From: a virus
Virus record (IMG/VR): IMGVR_UViG_3300020463_000008
Span: 67,092 to 131,091 of that record
DNA: 64,000 bases
Direction: 5' to 3' (one strand)
In this document: piece after piece, positions 25,051 through 34,084 of the stretch
How the letters are laid out: every line of letters starts with the position of its first letter
Numbering within the stretch: position 1 is the stretch's first letter
Program-made: the position numbers and the translations under genes
The notes under the pieces: model-generated
Told to the model about the DNA's origin: nothing
The model's input: only the letters and a program-made list of their open reading frames with translations
The model's database searches: none

Positions 25051-26736
25051 TTAGCCACCTATTTCACTGAAGTCTACACTTGATTTACTTGCTACAAATG
25101 TAAGAGTAATGAAATTAATCGCTCTGTTTGGTTTAATGAAGATATCTGCACGGAATTCGTTTCTATCAATCACATCTCCTGTGTTGTTAGTAGTATCACA
25201 TACAACAGTAAAGTCTGTGATTCCTCGTCTTCCTTGTACATCTCTTAAGAAAGGATTTACTGCATTCTTAAAGTCATTTCTAGTGAACTCATCGTTGAAT
25301 TCAAATAGTTGTGCTTTTGCAGAAATCGCAATTGCTTTTTCTAGTACGATAAATAATCTTCGAACATTTATTCTATTAAATGCAGATTCGCTAGATAGTA
25401 GAGTTTTATCTCCAAATAATTGTGTACCTGCTCCTGGGAAGGTCACAACAGGGTTTATGCCAGATTGGTATAAAGTATCCCTTTGAGTTTTATTAGGAGA
25501 GAATGCTAATTTAACAACATTCTTAATTTGTCCTCTAGAAGCACCAGCAGGTGAGAACCAAGCATCTTGGTCATAGTCAGTTCTTGCAGCAAGACCAGCT
25601 ATGTCACCATTTAAAGGTACATATCTATATTTATCGTTGTATCTGTCGTAGCAGTATTTGGATCCAGTATCAAGTACACCATAAGATGAACTTGGTAGTG
25701 AGTTTCTATAAGTTGTAAGGTCACCAACTGGGTCAGCATCAGTTGCTAGGATAGTATTTCCTGAAGCATCTTCAGCAGAACAGAATACCATACAATCTTT
25801 TCTTACTTCAGCAATATTATTAATTGCAGCAGTAGAAGTTGCAGCATCAGCTTTACCCATCATTATGAGTGAAACATCATACAACTCGTCATTAGCAAAT
25901 ATTGCTAGAGCAGTTTGTAGGTTTCCTGCAGTTGGAGCAGTATCAACACCACCTGTTAGTGATGGAGCATAAGCACTTGCAAGATCTTTATATGCAGCTC
26001 CTGCAGTTGAGGGAGTACCCCATTCAGCAGTTGAGCCAGTAGTGGTAGGATGATCCATCCACCATACATATCTAGATTGTGAGTTTATAACATCTTTATA
26101 GAAGTTATTAGATCCGTCGAATTTTTTTGCGTCGGAAGCAACTGATAGATGTGAGAAAGATTCTAGTACTGTGCCAGCTTGACCAGTAAACAATCCATCC
26201 TCGTCTATTACTAGTACATGGATTTCGTCATCTGATGCACCATTAGCTGCAGCAGAAGCAGAAGTTCCAGGAATTCTATCGAAGTTCCCTTTATTACTCC
26301 AAGCAGCAAAAGTTGCTGAGTCAGCAATTTCTACTTTGAGTGAGTTTCCGATACTTCCTGCCCACTTAGCAGCAACTGTACCGACATTGTTTGAACCACC
26401 CACAAAAGTTGATGTGTAGTTGTCCAAGTTTTTAATCTTGACAGCTGTACCAGTAGCGACTGCATTTTTAGCAGCAGTTGTATCGGCACGAACCACAAGA
26501 AGATTATTTGAATATGACAGGAAGTTAGCTGCAGTGAAAAAACTTGCGAAAGTACCATCATTCGGTTTACCGAATCGGGACACCAAGTCATTTTCAGAAA
26601 CAATTTGTACAGGGTCTTCTATTGGACCCCACTGAAAGTTCCCAGCAAAAGCACCAGATGATGTTGCCACATTAGGTACGATTGAGGTAAAATCTTGTTC
26701 TTTGACAACTACTCCAGGACTGAGTTGAAAAGCCAT
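25051..26736 (-). CDS. gp18: Tail sheath protein gp18
   Basis: SPGVVVKE, WFSPAG, FGDKT, RINVRRLF, IKPNRAINFI. Confidence 0.98.
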   Translation of the reverse strand: MAFQLSPGVVVKEQDFTSIVPNVATSSGAFAGNFQWGPIEDPVQIVSENDLVSRFGKPNDGTFASFFTAANFLSYSNNLLVVRADTTAAKNAVATGTAVKIKNLDNYTSTFVGGSNNVGTVAAKWAGSIGNSLKVEIADSATFAAWSNKGNFDRIPGTSASAAANGASDDEIHVLVIDEDGLFTGQAGTVLESFSHLSVASDAKKFDGSNNFYKDVINSQSRYVWWMDHPTTTGSTAEWGTPSTAGAAYKDLASAYAPSLTGGVDTAPTAGNLQTALAIFANDELYDVSLIMMGKADAATSTAAINNIAEVRKDCMVFCSAEDASGNTILATDADPVGDLTTYRNSLPSSSYGVLDTGSKYCYDRYNDKYRYVPLNGDIAGLAARTDYDQDAWFSPAGASRGQIKNVVKLAFSPNKTQRDTLYQSGINPVVTFPGAGTQLFGDKTLLSSESAFNRINVRRLFIVLEKAIAISAKAQLFEFNDEFTRNDFKNAVNPFLRDVQGRRGITDFTVVCDTTNNTGDVIDRNEFRADIFIKPNRAINFITLTFVASKSSVDFSEIGG

Positions 26737-26828
26737 TTGTTTCTCCTTATTACATGAATTCGTTAATTCTAATTAGGAAGTAATCTTTCAATTCTTTCCC
26801 AATGTATTTATTTAGTTAATATACGATT

Positions 26829-28418
26829 TTAGAAGTTTATTAGTTCTTCTTCATCGTCATATTTTTGCCCATCTTGAATAAACCCAAAAGGAGTAAGTTC
26901 CTCTTCGATCTGCTTCATTTGGTTTTGATACATCTCTTCCCTTAAATTTACATCGTTCGATTCAGTAAAATATCGGTCTGAGGTAAGCCAACCAAACAAT
27001 ACAAGGCACATAACCAAGTCATCGTGATATCCGTCATCAGCTGCATAAGATCCTTTATGTTCAATAAAGGTACTAATTTCACCAATAATATCTCCATCAT
27101 ATACTTGTAATTTGTTTTCTTCGATAAGAGTCTTAAAATTCATACATCCCTGTCTTTTAATTTTCTTATCAGTTTGAACACCGAACTGGCTTTTACCAGA
27201 TCCAAAGCCACCAGTAATCTTTTGACCTTGTTGTGTTCTAGATACCATAATCATATTTTCGTATTCTAATTCATTATATAATATGTATGGTACTTGCTCA
27301 CTCGCATTTATTTCTACTAATACTTGAGCATTATAATATTCTTTTCCAATCTTATCAATTACATTTGGATATAGTAAAGGACTTATTTGATTGTTTCTAT
27401 ACTTTGCTACAACCTTATATGGTGTTTGAGTTGTATCAATTACTACAAAGGCACTAAAATCTCCACCCACACCTTTAGAAGTATCTGCTATTAAAGTATA
27501 TGAATGTCCAGGAATTGGTTCTTCCTGAATATCTAAACCATCTCTTTGTAGTATAAATGGCTTTGGCTTCATATCTCCTATGGCAGTAGCACTTATTAAT
27601 GTTGCACTAGATCCAAGGAACTCACATAATACTTCTTGATTAAATTTTAATTCGCCAAGTAATGCTCTTTGTTTGTCTGCCCAAGTTTTAGTTCTTCCTG
27701 GGATATCGCTGTATGGTATAAACAATGGAGCAAAATCATTTCGTCCTTCTTTTGCAGCTTCCCAATATCTCCAGAAATGATTATATCCTAGAGGTGTCGA
27801 GGACAGTAATACTTTGGTATCTTTACCAGCAGAGATCGTAGGATAAACTGAAGTAAAAAATTCTTCTGCGACAGTATTAGGTATAATTGCAGCTTCATCA
27901 ATGTATAGCCAGTTTACAGATTTACCACGAATCGCTGAACTAGAAGTTGCAGCAGTAAATATCTTTGAACCATTTTCTAATTCTATATCACCTTTGTTCC
28001 AAACAGCAACTCCTTGTTGCATCCAGTTTGGTAGATACTCATACATTAATTGATATCTAGATAAAACTTCTCTTGCAGCAGTAGCTTTGTTTGCCATTAT
28101 TGCAGCAGTTTTATTATCGTTAAATATAGTGAAGTGTAATATACATGCAGCACTTACGACTGTCTTACCTTGCTGTCTTCCTTCCATGAGAATCGTTTGC
28201 CGATTCTTCATTATATGTTTTACTTTTTTTCTTTGACAAGGATATAATTTAAAATCTACTACACCATCATCTAAAGAAACAATCTTACAGTAGTTTTCAA
28301 TAAAGTATATTGGATTCTTCTTACACTTTATGTACTCCTGTATTTGCTCCTCAGTAAATTCTACTGGGACTCCAACAGCTTTTAAATTTTGATTTGCATT
28401 ATAATAAGTCGTTGCCAT
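26829..28418 (-). CDS. gp17: Terminase large subunit gp17
   Basis: GRQQGKT, YIDEAA, SSTPLGYNHFW, DDLVM. Confidence 0.98.
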   Translation of the reverse strand: MATTYYNANQNLKAVGVPVEFTEEQIQEYIKCKKNPIYFIENYCKIVSLDDGVVDFKLYPCQRKKVKHIMKNRQTILMEGRQQGKTVVSAACILHFTIFNDNKTAAIMANKATAAREVLSRYQLMYEYLPNWMQQGVAVWNKGDIELENGSKIFTAATSSSAIRGKSVNWLYIDEAAIIPNTVAEEFFTSVYPTISAGKDTKVLLSSTPLGYNHFWRYWEAAKEGRNDFAPLFIPYSDIPGRTKTWADKQRALLGELKFNQEVLCEFLGSSATLISATAIGDMKPKPFILQRDGLDIQEEPIPGHSYTLIADTSKGVGGDFSAFVVIDTTQTPYKVVAKYRNNQISPLLYPNVIDKIGKEYYNAQVLVEINASEQVPYILYNELEYENMIMVSRTQQGQKITGGFGSGKSQFGVQTDKKIKRQGCMNFKTLIEENKLQVYDGDIIGEISTFIEHKGSYAADDGYHDDLVMCLVLFGWLTSDRYFTESNDVNLREEMYQNQMKQIEEELTPFGFIQDGQKYDDEEELINF

Positions 28419-28440
28419 GTATCCTCCTTGCGGAGATTAA

Positions 28441-29334
28441 TTATACAACAGTAATAGTACCAAGCATATTAGATGGGTGTGCTGTACATCTGTATTGGTA
28501 TGTATTTCCTGTAGACGCATTCATTGGTATAGTGAATGTAATAATGTCATTTGTTGTAGCAAGATTTCTAGTAGCATTAGTAGAACTGATGTAATCTGCA
28601 GCAGGTGCAGTACTAGTTCCGAAAGCCACTATCTCAAATGGGTGACCATTCGCAGCAATGGTATTCCTGAAACGATAAGTATGTCCTCTGTAGACATATA
28701 GTTGTGGGTCATTTTCACCAGCAGATAATAAACCTGAACCAGTGATTGTATAATTACTTCCATCTCCAGCAGTAATAGTGAATAGATTTAATGATACAGC
28801 AGTAATAGTTAATTGAGCAGCACTTGAATTAGAGAGCTCAATACCATTTCCCTGTGTTATAGTAATGTCATCATTTACTGAATTTGATCCAGCTAGTCGT
28901 AGTTCTTTTGAACCAGCTGTGACAGATTCGATTGAAGTAGAATAAGTTGTATTTGTGACTGTGTTATTAATAGTGATGTTATCAGCATCAGTTCTATCAA
29001 CATTAATACCTGTTCCTGAAACTATATTTACATTATCAGTAGAAGCATCAGAACCAGTCAATCTAATTGCTGCATCAGTACCAGAAGTTTCTGCTGATAC
29101 AGTATAAGTAGTGTTATCGTTCGCATCAGAAGATGGTTCGAATACACTTGTTCCTGAATTGTATTTTAATATTTGTCCTGAAGTTGGAGAACCAATTGCT
29201 ATCTTAACTGTATTTCCACCAAGAGCAGTATATAACTCATTAAAGTTATCTTGGATTTTATCGCCACCATCTCTTAGAGTATCACCTGTGCCATCATTAG
29301 CGATGGATCCAATATTTAAAGTTTGTTTAGCCAT
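28441..29334 (-). CDS. Virion protein with gp9/gp10-like N-terminus and cupredoxin-like C-terminus
   Basis: NDGTGDTLRDGGDKIQDNFNELY; C-terminal HPF...YRCTAHPSNM. Confidence 0.7.
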   Translation of the reverse strand: MAKQTLNIGSIANDGTGDTLRDGGDKIQDNFNELYTALGGNTVKIAIGSPTSGQILKYNSGTSVFEPSSDANDNTTYTVSAETSGTDAAIRLTGSDASTDNVNIVSGTGINVDRTDADNITINNTVTNTTYSTSIESVTAGSKELRLAGSNSVNDDITITQGNGIELSNSSAAQLTITAVSLNLFTITAGDGSNYTITGSGLLSAGENDPQLYVYRGHTYRFRNTIAANGHPFEIVAFGTSTAPAADYISSTNATRNLATTNDIITFTIPMNASTGNTYQYRCTAHPSNMLGTITVV

Positions 29335-29347
29335 TTATTGTATTCTC

Positions 29348-30100
29348 CTATAAATCTGTTTTCTGGGTTTCGTTCCACCCTAAATCAGTTATCTGTAAAG
29401 TATTTAGGTCACCTGTTGATCTATGTTGTTCATCAGGGTTTCCAAGGTCGACAAAGGTACTTGTAATCACCGACCCAGTTTGATCCACTCCACCAAATAA
29501 TAGTATTTTTAATGTGAAGTTTAAAGTCCATGTGACGAATCTTCTTATCTCAAAAGTTCCGTCGTAATCATCTATGAAGCTGGTACTATTTAGTATTATT
29601 GGAACATCTGTTTCAGTTTCTAATGTTGGATCAGTGTTCTTTATTTTCATAGTAAACTCTGGTGTGAAGAATGGTAGTATTTGCTCTATAATTTGTAAAC
29701 CATCCTCAGTCGTCTTTGTAAGGCAGTTTAAAGTCATGTCTAAGTTAAAAGGTACAGGTGCAAATATCTTATCCCTTTTACCACTTCCACCACTTAGTGA
29801 TGTTCTATTTACTTTAACAGTTCCCATTCTATTTGTTTTTCTTAATGGGTCGTAAGACATTGCAGCCATTTCAAACGACATACGAGGAAGAGTAGTATAT
29901 ACTTGATTCTCTAATTCAGGATCTTGTTCTAGTCTCTGCATCCATTTTTCTTTTGGACCATATGCGATTGGTACTAATATTTTTTGTTGAACTGTGCCAG
30001 CATTATCAAATCTTTCGAACTCTATATCTGAAAACATTTTCCCAAAACCGATAATACAGTTTCTAGTAGTCTGATGATAGAAAGGACTTTTGCCCAGCAT
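29348..30100 (-). CDS. gp15: Tail terminator / sheath stabiliser gp15
   Basis: VPIAYGPKEK, LPRMSFE, QIIEQILPFF. Confidence 0.95.
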   Translation of the reverse strand: MLGKSPFYHQTTRNCIIGFGKMFSDIEFERFDNAGTVQQKILVPIAYGPKEKWMQRLEQDPELENQVYTTLPRMSFEMAAMSYDPLRKTNRMGTVKVNRTSLSGGSGKRDKIFAPVPFNLDMTLNCLTKTTEDGLQIIEQILPFFTPEFTMKIKNTDPTLETETDVPIILNSTSFIDDYDGTFEIRRFVTWTLNFTLKILLFGGVDQTGSVITSTFVDLGNPDEQHRSTGDLNTLQITDLGWNETQKTDL

Positions 30101-31029
30101 TAGAATTCTCCAAATGGATTGTTTTCAGACCAAGCAACTTTTTCATTCGTACTTGGTTGTCTTTCAGTTTCTAGCTCTAAGTTGTCAGCATAGCCACCTT
30201 GTCTATCTACATTTAATTTAATGGTAGCAACTGCGACAGCTTGAGTTCCACCTGCTGGTGGAGCAGATACAGCAATTGTAGGAACAGCATTATAACCATT
30301 TCCTACATTAGTAATAGTGACACCATTTACTTTACCTGTAGATGCATCAACAGTACAAGTAGCAGTAGCAGTAGTGCTAGGTGTTCCACCACTGAATGTT
30401 AATGTAGGAGCAGAAGTATAACCAGCTCCAACATTGCTGAATGTTATAGAATCTACAAACATACCCTCTGTCCTTGCAGGGTCTTCCGAGAAAGTTTTAA
30501 GATCTTCAAATACATCAATATCAGCAACACCAGTGTCAATTCTTTCAGAAGCATATTGAAACAATTCTACTTCCATTTTGTAAGTATATAATTTTCCTAA
30601 TTGATAAAAAGGATCTTGATGTTGAACAAATTTAATTTCAAACAATCCTTTAGTCAATGGAAAATAAATTAAGTCTCCTTCGTTTGGTCTATTAGGAACA
30701 AATGTATTTCCATGCTGACCAACTAATTCTGTCCATCTAGATCTTGCTACAACTAGAGTAGCACTTAACTCATTAAACAAACCAAACTTCTGTATGAATG
30801 GACCTTGTCCTCCTAAGTTATCTACATTCTCAAAATACATTTCAATAGGAAATGCGTGTTCAAATTTTGAGAGGGGATCTTCGCCTAAGATTTCATCTTT
30901 AGCAACTTGAGTTCTTGGAATATAAAAAACATTTTGACCATAAATTGCTAGAGACTCAATAATTAAAGACTCTATTAAATTCTGTTCAGATGCTACTCCT
31001 TGAGATATGTAAGTATTTCTTCCAGCCAT
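30100..31029 (-). CDS. gp14: Neck protein gp14 with an inserted GxGYT module
   Basis: YIPR, RPNEGDLIYFP, PFYQLGK, terminal NPFGEF. Confidence 0.95.
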   Translation of the reverse strand: MAGRNTYISQGVASEQNLIESLIIESLAIYGQNVFYIPRTQVAKDEILGEDPLSKFEHAFPIEMYFENVDNLGGQGPFIQKFGLFNELSATLVVARSRWTELVGQHGNTFVPNRPNEGDLIYFPLTKGLFEIKFVQHQDPFYQLGKLYTYKMEVELFQYASERIDTGVADIDVFEDLKTFSEDPARTEGMFVDSITFSNVGAGYTSAPTLTFSGGTPSTTATATCTVDASTGKVNGVTITNVGNGYNAVPTIAVSAPPAGGTQAVAVATIKLNVDRQGGYADNLELETERQPSTNEKVAWSENNPFGEF

Positions 31030-31033
31030 TTAT

Positions 31034-32005
31034 TTACCCTGTGAAGAACTCTAGTGGTGCACCTTTTCCGATGAGTTCGTCTTCTAGTTGTTGTAGTTCG
31101 TTCATGGCTTCGTTATATATACCATCGCCATCCATTGAAACTCCTCCAGGCAAAACTAGTCCCGAAAACTTTTTAAGATTAAGTCCCCACTGTTTCTTGA
31201 ACAGAGCAGTAGTATATTTTTTTAACCATGGCTCTCCAAATACTTTTGTGTATGTGGTAGGATCTAATGCTTTATAAACATCAGCCATTATGAAATCGCC
31301 AATCTGTACATCTCCTCGCCAATCTAGGTCAAGGAATAATTTATTGTGCATTCTATTAAAACGATAAAGAGTTTTACCATTTAACATTAAATCAAGTAAA
31401 GATAGATGTCCCATAACAGTAGTATAATAAACTATACTTGTAGAGGTTAAATCATATAAGTCATTTAATCTTAATTGATATTGTAAGTCGAATATATTTC
31501 TAGAATCAGTAGTATTAGAAAAAACTGTAAAAACTTTATTTACTCCAAATATTTCATCACCAACAGGAACATATCCATTTTCTGTATCACCTTTTACAAC
31601 AGTATTAATTATACCAGTAGCACCAGAAGATTCTCCAGTAATAGTTTCTCCATTTGTAAATCCAGTTCTACTTGAAGTTAAGTTATTAATCTTTTGATAT
31701 ATAATACTTGAACCAGCAGAAGAAGTATGTACTGACGCACGACAACCTGATGTACCACCCTCGATAACTTCTCCAGCAGTAAAGTTTCCTGCAACTGCAG
31801 CAGTTAAATTAATTGATGTCCCTGTGACTACATGTTGAAAGTAAGCTCGTTCTGTACCATTCCAGTGATTAATATTAAAGTATTCAATCGCTTCATCTAA
31901 GCGATCTTCTAGCTGTTCGTCAGCTACATTTATTTCTATCACTGGCGATCCAAGCGATCGTAATGCGTAATCTTTAAGTTGTTCTCTTGTTGATGGATTT
32001 GCCAT
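31034..32005 (-). CDS. gp13: Neck protein gp13
   Basis: LRSLGSPVIEINV, KQWGLNLKKF, LPGGV. Confidence 0.95.
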   Translation of the reverse strand: MANPSTREQLKDYALRSLGSPVIEINVADEQLEDRLDEAIEYFNINHWNGTERAYFQHVVTGTSINLTAAVAGNFTAGEVIEGGTSGCRASVHTSSAGSSIIYQKINNLTSSRTGFTNGETITGESSGATGIINTVVKGDTENGYVPVGDEIFGVNKVFTVFSNTTDSRNIFDLQYQLRLNDLYDLTSTSIVYYTTVMGHLSLLDLMLNGKTLYRFNRMHNKLFLDLDWRGDVQIGDFIMADVYKALDPTTYTKVFGEPWLKKYTTALFKKQWGLNLKKFSGLVLPGGVSMDGDGIYNEAMNELQQLEDELIGKGAPLEFFTG

Positions 32006-32024
32006 ACTACTATTTAGTTCCTTT

Positions 32025-34040
32025 TTATGCTCCTAATGCGATACTCATTGCTATTGAAAATGGTTCCATAGCGAATTTTTTATCCATTGCAGCATTATAT
32101 TGTGCTAGAACTGGGGTAATTATTCCTGTTGTCCCACTTGCTAGTTTCGTTAAACTTGATGTTCCTCCCATACCTGAGTGTGTTTCACAGTATGGATATA
32201 ATGTTGTTGGTGTATTTGCGTCTGTCACTAATACCATTTTGGCACCACTAGTTCCTTGAGTACCAGTGTATGTGACACCTGTTGTATATTTTGTTCCCCC
32301 ACCATGCGTACCATCTTGAGTACCACTCAATGCAAATAAATGCCCAGAGTGTGTAGTAGAAGATAAATCAAAGGTATATGTTTGACCTTGTATAATATCT
32401 ATTTCTTGATTTATGCCACCTGATAATGTATAGTAATTATTTCCTGTACTGTAATCATTATATACAAGTATATTAAGTGTGACATCTTTTGCTGGACTTT
32501 CTACTGTCACTGTTGGCACAGTAGTATAACCTGAACCAGCTGCAGTTATAACTGCTTCTGTAATCTTACCAGTTGTGACATTAATAACAGTATAACCTGA
32601 TGCAACTGAACCACCATTTACAGAAGGATTAACAGTTGTTGTTGCGGTAGCTTGAATTGCACCTGCTCCAGCATTAGGAGTTGCAGCAATCGTGACATTT
32701 GGTGCAGTCGGATAACCTGATCCACCAGTATCTACAGTGATACTTGCTACTGCGAATGTATTATTTCCAGAGCCATCATCAACCATAGTAGCAGTTGCTG
32801 TTGCTTGTACAGCAGGATTAGCAGTTGGTGCATCAATCGTGACTACTGGTGCAGCAGTATATCCTCCACCTGCGTTTGTAATAACAAGAGTGTCAACACC
32901 AGTATTATCTGGATTAGGGAAAGTAATTGATGGTTGTTCTAAGTATCCTGCTCCATCATTTGTTATAGTAAGTGAAGCAAGTGAATTTGATACTCCTGGA
33001 TTCATCATTAATCCAGTTGATTTTTTCATAATCTTAGCATCATCTAAAAATATTGTATCTCCACCAACATATAAGTTTCTCCATTTTTTGCTAGCAGAAC
33101 CTAAATCATAAAGGTCATCAGTTGCTGGTAATACATGTTCACCTATCGCAGAAAATGATGCAGTAGCTGGAGCGAATGATAAGTTTCCTGCTCCATCAGA
33201 TTGTAATGCACCTGCAGCATCTGTGACATTTATTTCATTTACACCAACAACATTGTTAGCGATATTAGTAGCAAGGGCAACTGCACCTGAACCATCAAAT
33301 GAAACTGCTGAAGCAGTGACATCTCCAGTAAGACTAAAATTTTGAGCACTAGCCAAACTTGTAGCAGTACCTGCACTTGCAGCAACTACACTTAAATTAT
33401 CAACAAAAGTTTTTGTGACTCGTGCATCTATTGCACTATTTGCTAATGTATTGCTAAAATATTTGTTGGTAGATCCTTCTGATAAATTATCAGTATCAAA
33501 AGAGGATAAAGAAACTGCTGGAGTAAATGAGTTTGCGTTGTCGTCATATGTCCAAGTAAGACCTGTACCATTTTGAACTAGAGCTGATATTCTATCATCA
33601 ACTTTTTCATTAGTGTAGTAAAGGTTTGAACTTCCTTCACTAATATTATCTGTATCTAATGTTAAACTACCACCTAGAACTAATGATTGTGAATTTATTG
33701 TGACACTATTATTAGCAAGCATGTCATTTGTGACACCTGATGCTTTTACTTGTAATGTGTTGGAAGAAATTTGTATCGAAGAATCGTCGACATCGATTGC
33801 TAAGTTTGCTGAACCAGCAGTAGTACCACCTGTTAGACCTGAACCAGTCGGAGTTAATACTTCTGTAATATCTCCTGTAGCAGCACCGATGTTATTAGCA
33901 ACCTCAACTATACCACCAGAAGAACGAACATAAATCTTTTTGTCTGCAGTGTTTACTGCTATTTCGCCAACTGCTAAATCACTCGTGCTTGGAACACTAC
34001 TTGAGGTTTCTGATTTCTTTAGTTTTATTACAGTTGGCAT
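32025..34040 (-). CDS. Tail fibre-like virion protein (671 aa)
   Basis: IKLKKS...LAVGEIAVN N-terminus, DTDNISEG repeats, YDLGSASKKWR, GSGYT modules, YCETHSGM, C-terminal SIALGA. Confidence 0.75.
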   Translation of the reverse strand: MPTVIKLKKSETSSSVPSTSDLAVGEIAVNTADKKIYVRSSGGIVEVANNIGAATGDITEVLTPTGSGLTGGTTAGSANLAIDVDDSSIQISSNTLQVKASGVTNDMLANNSVTINSQSLVLGGSLTLDTDNISEGSSNLYYTNEKVDDRISALVQNGTGLTWTYDDNANSFTPAVSLSSFDTDNLSEGSTNKYFSNTLANSAIDARVTKTFVDNLSVVAASAGTATSLASAQNFSLTGDVTASAVSFDGSGAVALATNIANNVVGVNEINVTDAAGALQSDGAGNLSFAPATASFSAIGEHVLPATDDLYDLGSASKKWRNLYVGGDTIFLDDAKIMKKSTGLMMNPGVSNSLASLTITNDGAGYLEQPSITFPNPDNTGVDTLVITNAGGGYTAAPVVTIDAPTANPAVQATATATMVDDGSGNNTFAVASITVDTGGSGYPTAPNVTIAATPNAGAGAIQATATTTVNPSVNGGSVASGYTVINVTTGKITEAVITAAGSGYTTVPTVTVESPAKDVTLNILVYNDYSTGNNYYTLSGGINQEIDIIQGQTYTFDLSSTTHSGHLFALSGTQDGTHGGGTKYTTGVTYTGTQGTSGAKMVLVTDANTPTTLYPYCETHSGMGGTSSLTKLASGTTGIITPVLAQYNAAMDKKFAMEPFSIAMSIALGA

Positions 34041-34084
34041 GAACCATTCCTAAAATTTAAAATTAAAATACTAAGAATTAATCC

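Noticed and set aside
25051-26736. Short tail sheath (561 aa) as a truncation
   Set aside because: Both conserved termini are intact; it only lacks variable outer domains
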